From Botryllus schlosseri (taxonomy: Eukaryota), in assembly GCA_051294905.1 (NCBI GenBank), contig CM119372.1, positions 14,014,001 through 14,078,000 of the forward strand: 64,000 nucleotides of DNA, in the 5' to 3' direction. The translations under genes and the position numbers were made by a program. The notes below the pieces were generated by a model. The model worked only from the letters and a program-made list of their open reading frames with translations, was not told the origin of the DNA and made no database searches. Below are positions 1 to 11,660 of the stretch, in pieces. The first letter of the stretch is position 1. Each line of letters starts with the position of its first letter.

Positions 1-631
1 AGAAATTTTTCGCGCTTGGCGCGATTGGCCGAGAGGAGCTGCCTTAAACGGACACCCGATTTTGACGATAAAGAGCGGTAAACAGCCATCTAGCCTGAGG
101 GGGGGCTGGGGGGCTTCGAAGTTCGGTTTATCACCCTATGGGGGCCCAAGAGCAATGTTTGGGGGGGCTGACGAAGTGCTGTTGCGGCCATGGGTATTGA
201 TAACTAATTTACGGATAGATCTGCAACAAGTCACTCACGATTGAATACGCCGAGATGCGTAGGCCTACTGTTTAGCCGGCAAAAAGCAGCATAATTGGTA
301 GTCCTATAGCTCGCGACCCAAGCGTCAGAATACTTTTATATGTCGGTGTTTATCGAAAGCAGGTGTCGCACTACTTCCAAAAATACGAATTGAAATCTCG
401 TCAGGGCAATTAAACTACTCCGAAATAGCCAGCAAAGGTTGATTGTTCTGAACAACGGGAGCGCGGCAACACAATGGCCAATGGCGTCAAGCGAATGATC
501 GCAACAATGCAAATTTTCATATTTTGGTGACTATTTTGGGTTCCTTTCATTGCCCTGGTATTCGTGCGACCCCGACCGTACTCTGAATTTCTAAATTTGG
601 CCCTGCCACTGAAAATGGTTGGGAGCCATTG
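1..631. mobile_element. Right part of a hAT-type non-autonomous element (truncated by the window start)
   Basis: Ends in TIR-like GGTTGGGAGCCATTG; shares the GGGGCTGA.GAAGTG.TGTT.CGGCC segment with 2388-2413. Confidence 0.45.
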
Positions 632-639
632 ATCTAAAG

Positions 640-2527
640 CAGTGGTTCTTAACCTTGCCTCCAGCGCCCCCAAGGGGCGCTGGCGATTTTGAAGGGGGCG
701 GAAACGCTCAGGGGCGCTGGCATCAGTAGGGCGTTAGGGGGCGCTGAAGAAAAATGGCTTCTCAGCAGATGATGTAGTAGTAGCACATATCCTTAATGAG
801 TATTCAGAGCAAATTAACATTCCACAAAACATGTCAAATCCCGAAATTCTTTGTCGCGCTTCGCGACGATGTTTGTTACATAGGCTACGTTTTCATAAAT
901 GTAGTGGGTTATTAGAATTCGTGTAAAATGAATTGCGCGTACTTTTAGATCGCCAATTCCCCGTTAAAACAATGCCGTCACGCTTACTAGGGTTATTTTC
1001 AACAAAATGTTTCGAACTAGGTATTATATCCTGCAGCACACAGCGTGTGGAAATCGAAGAAGAAGGCACTGCCTAGCCTATCACTTTTGAGAGTGTGAGC
1101 CCATTGTAGATAAAATAGGTTTTGAAGCTTTGTGCACGAAATGAATAACTAAATATAATTGCATTTGAGAGCTACAAAATATTTGTCAGAGTAATTCTTC
1201 ATCCTGTCATGAAGGAGGATACTCTCTAGTGTTGTGGTCCACAACCTCACAAGAACGTTATATAATATGAGTTGATTTGTTTGGAATACATTCATGTTAA
1301 AAACTGGGTACAGCACTAAACTAAATGCATCCCATTCTCAGTTGACTTACTTAGTCATACAAAGCACTAAAACAAAATCCCTTACCATTAATTTCCCCGT
1401 ATTGCCAATCGCCAATAGCAGATGTGAATTCGGGTTGGTTTGAACCACAGGGTATGGGAACGTACCCGATTGTTGTTATAACAACCTTGATTTGCCCATG
1501 AATATACCACATACAATTATCATATGGTTTATTATAGACGAGTGGTCTTCGAGAAATATTTCCAATACTAAAGTCCCGAAAATACCGACTGGACTTTGAC
1601 CTCTTACCAGGACCGAAACTGCTGCAACTCAAACCCCCAATCAAGGGGGAGGGGGGAGCTTGAAGGGTGCCCAAAATTATTTCGGTCAATGAACATGAAT
1701 GACAAACAGGCATTTTGGCGTCGGCCATTACCACGCCATGATGCACGAAGACATATGAAGCTCGGGCCAATATGGGACTCCGAGAAGTGTGCCAGAAGAT
1801 CGTCAGTGGGAAAACCTTAGGCGAAGAGGAGTGCCCTTATGTTAACCGTCAACTTCGATGTATTCATTGTCCATATGTGCGTGAATCGCTCGAATTATCA
1901 TGTCGTCGCAAGCTGCACCCCACAGGACAATAAATAACATCCATCAGAGAAAGATTTGCCAGTGAATAAATACCAATTTTGAATCGTGTGCTTTCTTGAG
2001 TTTATTGCGTTTATGCGTTTCAAAATCTGTTAACTAGATAGCGGACAAGAGGTAACAAAATAACAACATGTAACGAAGTATAATTTTACCAACGGGCACG
2101 CTCGAATAAGTTTAATTATTCATTACGTGGCCTTAATTTTCCAAGACAACAGCTCACTGGTAAATCCGATTATGTGGGCTGAGACGATTACAAATTTGTA
2201 GCGACATATATATGCAATTATCACCTATTCATTCATGCATTATAGAACAATTTTGCGCCTGGGCGACCAGGCCACACAAACTTTGCTGACCACCGAAATC
2301 ACGCGACGGGGTTCCTGGGGGCGAAGCCCCTAGAAGTTTGGTCAATCACGCTATGGGTGCGCATTGAGCAAGACAATCGTTTTTAGAGGGGCTGATGAAG
2401 TGTTGTTACGGCCCGTTCTCTTACACATTGTCTTTATTACAGTCCTTACAATATGGAGGGAGGGGGGCGCTGTAGCATGATTATTTTTGAAAGGGGGCGC
2501 TGGAGGAAAAAAGGTTACGAACCACTG
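640..2527. mobile_element. Non-autonomous hAT (Charlie-like) element
   Basis: TIRs CAGTGGTTCTTAACC / GGTTACGAACCACTG; exact 8-bp TSD ATCTAAAG (632-639, 2528-2535); subterminal GGGGCGCTG repeats at both ends. Confidence 0.88.
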
Positions 2528-2619
2528 ATCTAAAGGGAGTTAAAAATTATTGCGCGCAGTGTAAATAGTGAAGTTTAATTAATATGAGTATTTCTGTATT
2601 AATTTGCACTAGTACTATT

Positions 2620-5110
2620 CAGACATGGGGTAATCGCGATTAGTAATCGTAATCGATTACGACGATTACAGCATTTTCAAGTAATCGTAATCGCAATCGA
2701 TTACATTCGAAAAAATTCCGAAGTAATCGTAATCGTAATCGACTACTTCCTATATCTAATCGATTTCTCTGTGAAAGAACGATTACTTTTTATTTTTTCA
2801 AAGACTGACATAAACTGAACATTCGTGAACAGGAAGAGATATTATACCAGGCTTGTGACAGCACAAACGTCTGATTTTCCAACGCCACAGCTCATTATTA
2901 CGTCAGAAGCAGCCTATTAGCTTAGCGCGTCATTGCGTAAGAAGTATCCACACTAAATAGATACTCGATGTACGTACGTCGTACATTAGTGTCATTGCAA
3001 GAACACCCGCCGTGCTGTACATCAGGTTATCAACACGTTCCACACGCCACTAACTCGCAGCAGTATAATTTATCTCCGCTCTGCCTAGTTTAATATAGTA
3101 ACTTATGGTTGATGTTTGGTTATGCTTATGCTTAGTTAAACGCAATTTGACCGTAGCTGCTTGGCGAGCAGTAGGCCTATCTAGTACGTACGTACACCGG
3201 ACAAAAATTTGAAATTTTGTACTCGTCAAATAAAACATTGCGATTTCCACAACGAAGCAGTAAAAATCAACAGTTGGTGATATATATATATCAAAACCGA
3301 GCCGTTTTTGCCGTTTCTGGTAACGGCAGCTTGCAGTACAATATCTGTATTGAGTTGAAGGCAGAATTTTATGTTCGCTTCGTCTTATTTTCATATGACT
3401 CTACTTGAAACGGGCGCCAATCGGTATTTCACAATTCTTTACTCAACATTGGGACCTGCCGCCATGGTCATGGGCTTATATATCATGTTAGCATGGGTTG
3501 TAGCTGGAATCAGGACCAAAAAAGCAATTCGCCCCCCATAGGGTGGTAATCGCAAGTTGAAGACTGAATTCCGTCAATAATTGCATTATATTACTACTGA
3601 TTTTCAATCCTCTCTCATCCCCCGATGGTCATATTTACCTGTAGAGTTTGTTTGTTTGAGGTAATCTTGGTGTTCGTCGACTACAACGGTCAGTTACAAC
3701 AGGCCGATTTTCTGCATTTTTGATTCCGTATCTCCCGACTTGTGGCACGGCCCACTTCTAGGCTTATTTTAAGACACCGCTTACGCGGATGAGCGGCGAG
3801 GAGGAGCCTAGATAAACCTTCAACACTTAGAAAGGAATTCAGAAGTCGACCTCGGTCGGACTCGAACCCGCAACCCAATGGCGTTGCAGCCGTGGATTAT
3901 ACCACTGCGCTATCTCGCCACACAATTACCTAAATGTAGAGCTGGGGGCACGTAATTCATAATTATAACCTCTGGTATCTTGTTATATTTACTTTAGTGT
4001 ATGTTGTTAATTCGTGACCTCCGGTTTGTTATATAATCAAACGATATTGTAGTGGCTCAAGCGTAGCAGACTAAGAAAAACTTTCGTGAGACGCACAAAC
4101 AAATTGTCATGTCTTTATATCTGACTGCATGTCTAGCAACTCAAGTTGTAAATTACCAGGGTCAGTGGCCAAATAAACTACAATAGGACTTGAAAACATT
4201 TTCATCATGGGAAAAAAAGCATTCATTCCGTCAATGCGGCCGTTGAACTTGACAATCAAGTCAAATGATCCATTGGTTTGATGGTCAGATAGCGTTGTAA
4301 AACGTGTTGCAACACCACCTGCACTTAATTAAGTCTGATGATGAGCAGACTTAAATTTGAGTAACGATCCAAACGCATTTGAGTGTGAGCATACTTTTTG
4401 ACGTGAGTTGAGCAACGAAATCGTTGCTGAGTAGAGAATCGCTACTCGACAGCGAAGGAATTGGTCTCCACCCTTAATTATAAACTCCAGATTCCAAGCC
4501 AAGCAAGTGTAATTTTTGAATATCAATTTTTTTGTTTGTTCTAAATTGATTTTATAATATTTTTGTTGGATTTTCCAACGTCAATGGGAGCCGCAAGTAG
4601 GCTAGCTCGGAGCCACGGTTGGGAATCACTGATCTAGAGAGGATTTTCAAGTTAATTGGATCTCTCGAAAATACTCTGTAACTTATGTTGGTTTACGAAA
4701 TACTTTTTGAGTCCCCTTCGAGCTCGTTCCCCACCCTATTGGGAATTTTGGGGTGCGGCAATTATGGCCCTGGCAAGAATGCAAATCATTGGGCGCGATA
4801 AATTGACCTCTAAAAAAATGGGCAACGGGTACATTATGACGTAACAAGAAAATGACGCATCTCTTTTAAATAGAGTTTGTTATCTCATTAGACCTCTTCA
4901 ACGCAATCCATATATTGTCTTCCAACATACCTTCTAAGATGCAAAATAAATGTAATCGTGAGTAATCGTGATTACTTTTCCAATGTAATCGTAATCGTAA
5001 TCGACTACTTCCTGATTTTGCTGTAATCGTAATCGTAATCGTAATCGCGTCATTCAGAAGTAATCGTAATCGCAATCGATTACAATCATGAAGTAATCAC
5101 CCCATGTCTG
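2620..5110. mobile_element. Non-autonomous hAT element with (TAATCG)n subterminal arrays, copy 1
   Basis: TIR CAGACATGGGGT.AT; exact TSD GTACTATT (2612-2619, 5111-5118); homologous to 27722-29750 in opposite orientation. Confidence 0.92.
3647..3919 (-). mobile_element. tRNA-derived SINE nested in the TAATCG element
   Basis: Minus strand: A-box TAGCGCAGTGG, B-box GGTTCGAGTCC, (AAAC)n tail. Absent from the sister copy at about 28690 and flanked by GTAGAG repeats. A related fragment lies at about 38350-38378. Confidence 0.8.
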
Positions 5111-5273
5111 GTACTATTACAATATCAAATATTAAAAGTATTACCTGTAATAATACCATAAATATCCATTTTAACAAGATAGTTACTGCAGAATCACGCC
5201 AACAAAATATGTGGTGGATGAATATCAATGGGCCATTTAAATCAGTCGTCACTCCATCCTACAATCTCTATAG

Positions 5274-5646
5274 CAGTGGTTCCCAATCTTTTTCGACTCA
5301 TCGCCCCCTTTTCAAGCTCAACGCCGATCATCGCCCCCCAGATTTTGTGAACCGAAAAATCGGTATACAATCTGTAATCATCGGCGGGTTGACTAAAAAA
5401 AAGGTCAAATTTCGGCTCGATGTCGAATTTTACACTTTTGCTACTAAATTTCCGTTCGTTGACTAAAAAAAGGTCATTTCTCCGACTTGACTCCTATATT
5501 ACCGTTTGAACGCGTCATCTACCCCCAATCGCCCCCTTCGCTATTTTCGCCCCCTGTCGCTCCCTTTGTCCATTTTCGCCCCCCTATCGCCCCCTTCGTC
5601 ATTTTCACCCACTAGGCCGCCAAATCGCCCACGTTGGGAACCACTG
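5274..5646. mobile_element. hAT MITE with TCGCCCC arrays
   Basis: TIRs CAGTGGTTCCCAA / TTGGGAACCACTG; exact TSD CTCTATAG. Confidence 0.9.
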
Positions 5647-6019
5647 CTCTATAGTGAAACACCGTACTCCGTTCCCCGTGATCGAACCTGTGGTTGAGTC
5701 TCAAAAGCGATTTCTCGTATACTACCCCACAGCGACATCTTCCGAATCATATACATGGAGTACAAACCATCGTTACATGTATCAGTTTTTGGTATTATTT
5801 GGTCATCTTTTCGACCATTAATTCGGATCAGAAATAGTAAATTAACGTTAGACATAAAACGGATGTTAACAGCAGCAATTCCGTTGTTTGACCTCCGGAA
5901 TTCGCTATCCCTGAAGTCAGGCGCACTGTCAATAGAGCACGATGAGGTCAAGTTATTGCAGTATAAAGTGAGTCAAAAAGACATGGGATCCGGAACAAAC
6001 GGAAATTGTGACCCCGGAC

Positions 6020-7535
6020 CCAATCTTATCCTCCAAAAATATTCCAGATTCCCAGCCATACACCTGGCTGCAAAATTTTCATCGATATCTGCAAAGCTTT
6101 CGACACAATCATAATGGAATATTAAAACGCAAGCTAGAGTACTATGAAATCAAGAGAATTACACAGCATATGTACTTGAGAGCCAGGGATTTCTAGATAT
6201 CCCTGTTGAGAGCTACCCTTCAAATCGAAATTAACCAATCTGTCAAACCGGAGACATCGATGGCAGCAACCAGAGATATATAAGAAGCGGAGTAGGGGCT
6301 TACCTCATGGCACAGTACTTGGATCGACCTTCTTCCACGTCATTAAAGCCTTTTTATGCCGTACAACTCTATTTTCTGATACTATTACTCAGCTCTTTGT
6401 CACCTCAAACACTGCCGGTGATATTCATGCATCGCTGCTGACGAGATTCGGCGTCCTAAACATAGAAGATATGCGGAAACTAGAAATCGTCAAGTTTATT
6501 CATCAGTTCCACTGCAGTCGTTGCCCCGAATATTTAAATGACTTCTTTACCTCGGAATCAAAAGCGCACAAGTACAACACCGAAAAGATCATCGCTCTAT
6601 CAAATATGCCGGAACTGATGTGCGGAACAGTGTCCCGCCGGTCATCCAACAGTCGACGAGCATGTTCACATTCAAGTCGAAATACAAGTCGAAATACAGT
6701 CCATCCTCAAGATTACCGGACCGCGACTGACCTATCGATCTCGCTTTCCATGACATGCCGCCCAATTTCTTATCGCTTCCTTTTTTCTATACTATCTTAT
6801 TTACTTTTATTCAGTGTGCATGCCTCCTCTTTACATCGCCTAGGCCAAGATGGGTGTCCGATTCCATAGACTACTCCAAGTCGCTTCGATATCTTCCTGT
6901 CTTGTCACTGTATCGCATTTGTGTGGTGTATTGAACAGGGTTGTAATGATTCGAGTCATGACTCGACTCGAGTCCGACTCGAGTCACGATTTCAAAATAC
7001 GAAAATGACTCGACTCGACTCGAGTCAATCTGTGTATTGACTCGACTTGGACTCGAGTCATTGCGCATGACTCGAACCAAGTCATTGACTCGAGACTCTG
7101 ACGGCCAAGACCGACATTTCATTGTAATTCCGAAGCTAACACACCGTTGGGATTTCGTCTGTTGGTACTGTTACTTGAAAATGCGACCAGAAACTGCTGA
7201 AAATTAGGGAAATTGTTATATTATAAATGCGAACCATTCGATATCACCAAACAGAGTTATAAAAAGTGGGTTTACCAAGACTTTAACTGGAAACTGAGCA
7301 GTCAACACAATGACTTGAACTCGGACTCGAGCCATAATACCATGACTCGGACTCGAACCTCGGCTCGCTGACTTGGACTCGGACTTGACTCGGTGGTGAA
7401 TTGAAATGACTCGACTTGACTCGAGTCAAAACTATAAAAGTGAGATTGACTTGTGACTCGGAGCCTTGTGACTTAGTTACAACCCTGGTATTGAACTGAT
7501 AAAAATTGCTAATAAACCAATGATGACGATGATGA
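6020..7535 (+). mobile_element. Degenerate CR1/L2-type LINE 3' fragment (reverse transcriptase remnant plus 3' UTR)
   Basis: Frameshifted RT motifs DICKAFDTI (from 6084), ILKRKLEYYEI, GLPHGTVLG (degenerate GVPQGSVLG) and C-terminal KLEIVKFIHQF..CPEYLNDFF...HKYNT. The 3' UTR ends AATAAACC followed by a short (GAT)n-like tail. It is interrupted by the MITE at 6936-7487. Confidence 0.78.
6936..7487. mobile_element. hAT MITE with GACTCGAGTC arrays
   Basis: TIRs CAGGGTTGTAA / TTACAACCCTG; exact TSD GTATTGAA; an empty-site equivalent is visible at about 24672-24700. Confidence 0.92.
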
Positions 7536-7699
7536 GAAACTCTCCAAAGTGCCAAGATGGCTGGAATCAACAAAAAGGCGACTACGATTATCCCAATCAG
7601 AGGTCCAATTCCCCTTATCCCCTTTTTTTTTTAAATAGAAATGCAAATCCATGCCCAATTTGATCATATCTGCTGAAGAGTGAGTTGAGGACTGAGGAA

Positions 7700-7911
7700 A
7701 GAGGTCGTCAAAGTAGTCATCGTTGGTACTCAAGTAGAAGTAGAAGTAGCAACTTACAAGTAAGTAAAAAAGTATTAAGTGCTAGTTTTGCATAAAAACT
7801 GAAAACTGTCACGTAGAAGGAGAAATAGTTATAAATGTTGAAGAAGTAGTGCAAGTAGGCAGTATTTACTTGAAGTACCTCGAAAAGTAGAAGTACTTCG
7901 TTACTGATCAC
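7700..7911. mobile_element. Degenerate MITE with AGTAGAAGT/AAGTA arrays
   Basis: GAGGTCGTCA start and dense AAGTAG motifs; similar to 13330-13851, 16332-16666 and 17705-18189. Confidence 0.6.
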
Positions 7912-8751
7912 TTGGGCGATTTTTTTATATGTCAAAATAAGTCAAAATCTTGTCCAAATTGTATCGTTCGGTCAAAAAATTGTCAAAATTGTTTACAAAA
8001 TCAAACATTTTTTGGCAACCTACATTTGTTTGTGTCATGAATGTTTGCACCGTCAGTGAACTTATCATTCGACATTTTACAGCTTGTAGCCTCTACTTTA
8101 TTAGCCTACCGTTGTAGACGACCCATTGTCTGCTCATAGTGAATCATACATGGTCAAATGAAACAAATAGGTTGACATGGTGTTATGCTCAACGTACCGC
8201 AATATCCTAACAGAAGCAAGACAGCGTGGGTATTGGTTTTTATATCAAGAAGCGCATGATGAAAAATTGTGATGCAGAGAACATGCACAGCTCCAGTGTC
8301 GCAAGCCAACAGCTGCTGCTGTTGGACGTTCTTTCTCCATTCTTGGCAAGCTACTTAGTGAGGACAGACACTTTCTACCCGAGAATGTAGGATAGTATCT
8401 TTCGTTGCACTAGAACAAATTTTAATTATTTCTACTGTAATGCGTGATGTAACTCCTACTGGAATTCTTCATAGTTCTAGATTTCGTTAAATATTTTTCT
8501 GTTAATGTAAAAACTTGTCAGTTTTCAAGTCAAAAGAGTTTTTTTCAGGCCAAACTACTTCGTAGGGACAGACAGTTCTAACCAGAAATTAAGATAAGTA
8601 GTACAATTCTAACATGTACGAAAACACCTAATTTACATACATGAGGTCAAAATTTGGTTAAAATTAAGTTTTTAAGGTAAAAAAATGTCAAAATTTTGAT
8701 TTTTTTAGGTCAAAATTTTTACTTCTTTTTAGATAAAAAAAAATCGTCACT
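7912..8751 (+). mobile_element. Internally deleted hAT element with GTCAAAA arrays and hATC remnant, copy 1
   Basis: Colinear with 24769-25649; degenerate TIRs; encodes the remnant QPTAAAVGRSFSILGKLLSEDRHFLPENVG. Confidence 0.8.
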
Positions 8752-8819
8752 GAGCGGGCCCACTGGTTATAATCCTGTTCCGGAGCCGGTGCTATAGTAG
8801 GATCCGGATTTTCATTTGC

Positions 8820-8984
8820 TTTAAGAAAGTTGATATCCTTTTTCCTCCTTCATGCTATACGTGGATGCTAAGCGCCTGGCAGGATAGCTGCATATACCAG
8901 TTTTCGAGTCTTTGGCTTGACCCGGCCAGATTGACCCCACGACTTACCGATCAAAAAGCCGGCCGCCTCACCATTACACTATAG
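8820..8984 (-). mobile_element. tRNA-derived SINE (Meta-domain-like family), split by a hAT insertion
   Basis: Homologous to 22243-22390 and 30600-30856; its 5' head resumes at about 10374-10420, after the inserted element. Confidence 0.75.
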
Positions 8985-10365
8985 CAGGGGTGGGCAATTA
9001 TTTTCCTTCGCGGGCCAAATGTGAAGTAGAAAATACGTTGGCGGGCCGAGTGAAAAATTTTAACTATATTCACCAGCGTATTTTAATTTCATTTCTAAAT
9101 TACATTGTTAATATATGCTGCTCAGGGAATCTGTTCAGGTCAGGTAACGAGAAAGGGACGGTTAATTAAAAAATATACATTTGCCGTCATTATTCGAAAT
9201 AATGTTAAACATGATACATTTTTACTCTCTTTAAACCCCTATCCAGGTTCTCCTATTAAGATTCTAAAACAGAGGTTCTCAAACTTTTTTTAGGAACGCC
9301 TCCCTTTATGATAGTGAAAAATTTCATGTCCCTTATCATGATATCATAAAATTTTAAAAAGTGCAATCAGAATGCTAGCAATCCCAACGGATAGTTTGAT
9401 GACATGGAAGTTTATGGCTGTTGATGAGTTAATTCTGAAATATCAAAGTCTGACAATTACACAGAGCAATATAACTGTAAGCTCTGTGTAAATCGCGCCG
9501 CGCGCGAAAAAAAATTCAATAAACTTCGGCTTCGCGCCCAATACTGATGCTTTCACGCCCCCTAGTTCGAGAACCCCTTCGCTGAATTGTATATGCAATA
9601 GAGTACGAAGCTCATTTTCTTGGTCGCTGCCTTCCTGGCAGTGTGCACTGTGCACTATACAGCTTAAGAAGCCTTGATGTTGAGCGAAGTTTGCAGTTTT
9701 TCGGAAATCTGCCCTCCATTGACCGAGTGTTTCGTGTTTTTTTTTTGTCATAAGACCGACATTAATTAAAATCCTTAATCTCGGTGACACGCTTTGCAAA
9801 CAGTAAACACTAGAAGGAAGGTCTTACCCCTGACTCCAACAAACAAATATTTAATGCTTTGAAGTCTAAACCTTCTTTGAATTTCAGTTTGCGGCTTTCT
9901 TTTTTGGTATGCTCGTTAATCCATTATGGGCGATAGATATAATGAGTCATATAGTAATCGCGAGCACTGATTGACTTGTTTTACGAATTAGGGATTTGGA
10001 AACATATCACGTACCAATTTGAAACACATACCGTATAATACGTCATGTGACAATGGCTACAAAGAAGGTTTGGATCAAACTACAAGGAAAGAGTGATTTA
10101 TTGTAACTTTGTAACTTCAATTGCTACTCGTATTTTGCCATATTGCCTTTATTTGGAATTTGGATTACGCATGCGAGGTACGTAGGCAGCGTAATCGTGG
10201 CATATTAATGAACTGGCTTCAAAGTTAACGAATTTCTTGTTAAGTTGATACAGTACAGCCTATGGTTTTAGTTATTCAAAAAGCATGTTTTATGTCTTGA
10301 ATTCCCAGCAACCTTTCGCGGGCCGCACAGAATCGCTTCGCGGGGCCGCACTTTGCCCAGGTCTG
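8985..10365. mobile_element. Non-autonomous hAT element with GCGGGCC motifs
   Basis: TIRs CAGGGGTGGGCAA / TTGCCCAGGTCTG; near-identical TSD CACTATAG / CACTAGAG. Confidence 0.82.
9270..9578. mobile_element. hAT MITE nested in 8985-10365
   Basis: CAGAGGTTCTCAAAC ... GTTCGAGAACCCC; colinear with 58510-58814. Confidence 0.78.
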
Positions 10366-10447
10366 CACTAGAGAGTACTCTATAATTACACTATCTCGCT
10401 CGCTCGCTCACTCGCTCGGTGAATCCACGTCGAAAGAGTTTTTACGC

Positions 10448-10679
10448 TAGAGTTACCATACGTTCCCTTTTAAGAGGATTTGTCCTCTTTTTTACTTTTT
10501 TGAAAGTGTCCTCGGTGTACGCCCATTTTAATGTTCTCTTTTTTGAGAATTTTGGTTAAATATAGGTTGACCTTTTTTATTTTATATTTACCATTTTTTC
10601 AGGATTTTTTTACGGTATTGCAAGTCTGAAAATTTAAAAAAGTGTCCTCTTTTCAGATTTCCAAATTATGGTAACCCTA
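10448..10679. mobile_element. hAT (Blackjack-like) MITE
   Basis: TIRs TAGAGTTACCATA / TATGGTAACCCTA; internal TGTCCTCTTT repeats. Confidence 0.7.
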
Positions 10680-10946
10680 TTTTCCACGGCAATATGAAAA
10701 ATTTCCATAAATATTGAAAATAGCAGTGGATTTTCCAGGACTCTGAAAATTCCACAGCCGAAATTTTTCCGACTCTGAATTTCAAATTGCAAACCTGAGC
10801 GGGTAGGATTCGGCTTCTGAAATCTAGAAATTCGCTCATCTCTGAGCTGCGCTGGAGCAATTTATAGAGCTCAGTGGCTGGTAGGTATGCCCGAATCCAA
10901 GTCACTCAACTATGTTGAGTGACTTTGGCCCGAATGAGCTGTGCAG

Positions 10947-11430
10947 CAGAGCAGAGGTGAGCATGGATTAGGATTAGGTTTTGAAAAAACAGGATTTGTG
11001 AAATTTTGTCGGATTTGGATTGGATTAGGATAAGAGTTTTTTTCTGAACGGATTAGGTTTTGGATTGGATTTACCGATTTTCTGGGAGATTAATATGTCG
11101 TGTGGCGAATGGCGATAAACTTTATTCAGATCAGTTATTGATGTACTTTTGTACACTTCACTATGGTTCGCTCGGTACAAATGAACATGAGAGGTGCAGC
11201 CCTATGCCAATTGTTATTTTAAATCAAGAGAATCGTTGGTTGTGAGAGTAAATTTTCCAGTCCCTCCCTTGCATAAATTAGCATTTTTTCTGAATTTCAA
11301 GTTGGAATCGGATTAGGATTGGACATGAACTTTAATATGAAAAAGTTATGGATTAGGTTTTGGATTTGGATTTGATGTTTCGGATTTAGATTGGATTAGG
11401 ACATAGAAATTCCAAATCCGCTCATCTCTG
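10947..11430. mobile_element. hAT MITE with GGATT(A/T) arrays just upstream of CROT paralogue 1
   Basis: TIRs CAGAGGTGAGC / GCTCATCTCTG; TSD CTGTGCAG (10939-10946, 11431-11438), with a short CAGAG duplication at the left end. Confidence 0.82.
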
Positions 11431-11660
11431 CTGTGCAGTCAATTGGAACTGCAGATATGGAATGCTGCAAAATATGTGTCCTCGCTTCCGAGATGCTGGC
11501 CAGTGGTCTGGTATGCGCAAACATTGCCGTGCATCGTCAGTGGCGATATCTCGTTGTACTTGTTCATATCTGCATTTCTGTAGAATTTAATAGCTGTTTT
11601 AATAGAGAGTTTGTTTGACGGTACATCGCTGGTGGGGTTGATATAATTACAAATTTCATT

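Noticed and set aside
3850..3919. tRNA-Cys-like gene (GCA in the loop)
   Set aside because: A and B boxes are present but the acceptor and D stems do not pair. It continues into a SINE body and tail and is an insertion relative to the sister element.
4866..5075. ORFs with RLRLRL/ITITIT repeats (also 27659-28020 and 29555-29785)
   Set aside because: These are translations of the (TAATCG)n arrays of a transposon.
6936..7487. Repeated GACTCGAGTC palindromes (also the TAATCG and GGATT arrays) as CRISPR-like arrays
   Set aside because: No constant repeat/unique spacer periodicity and no cas genes. They are subterminal motifs bounded by TIRs and 8-bp TSDs in a eukaryotic context.
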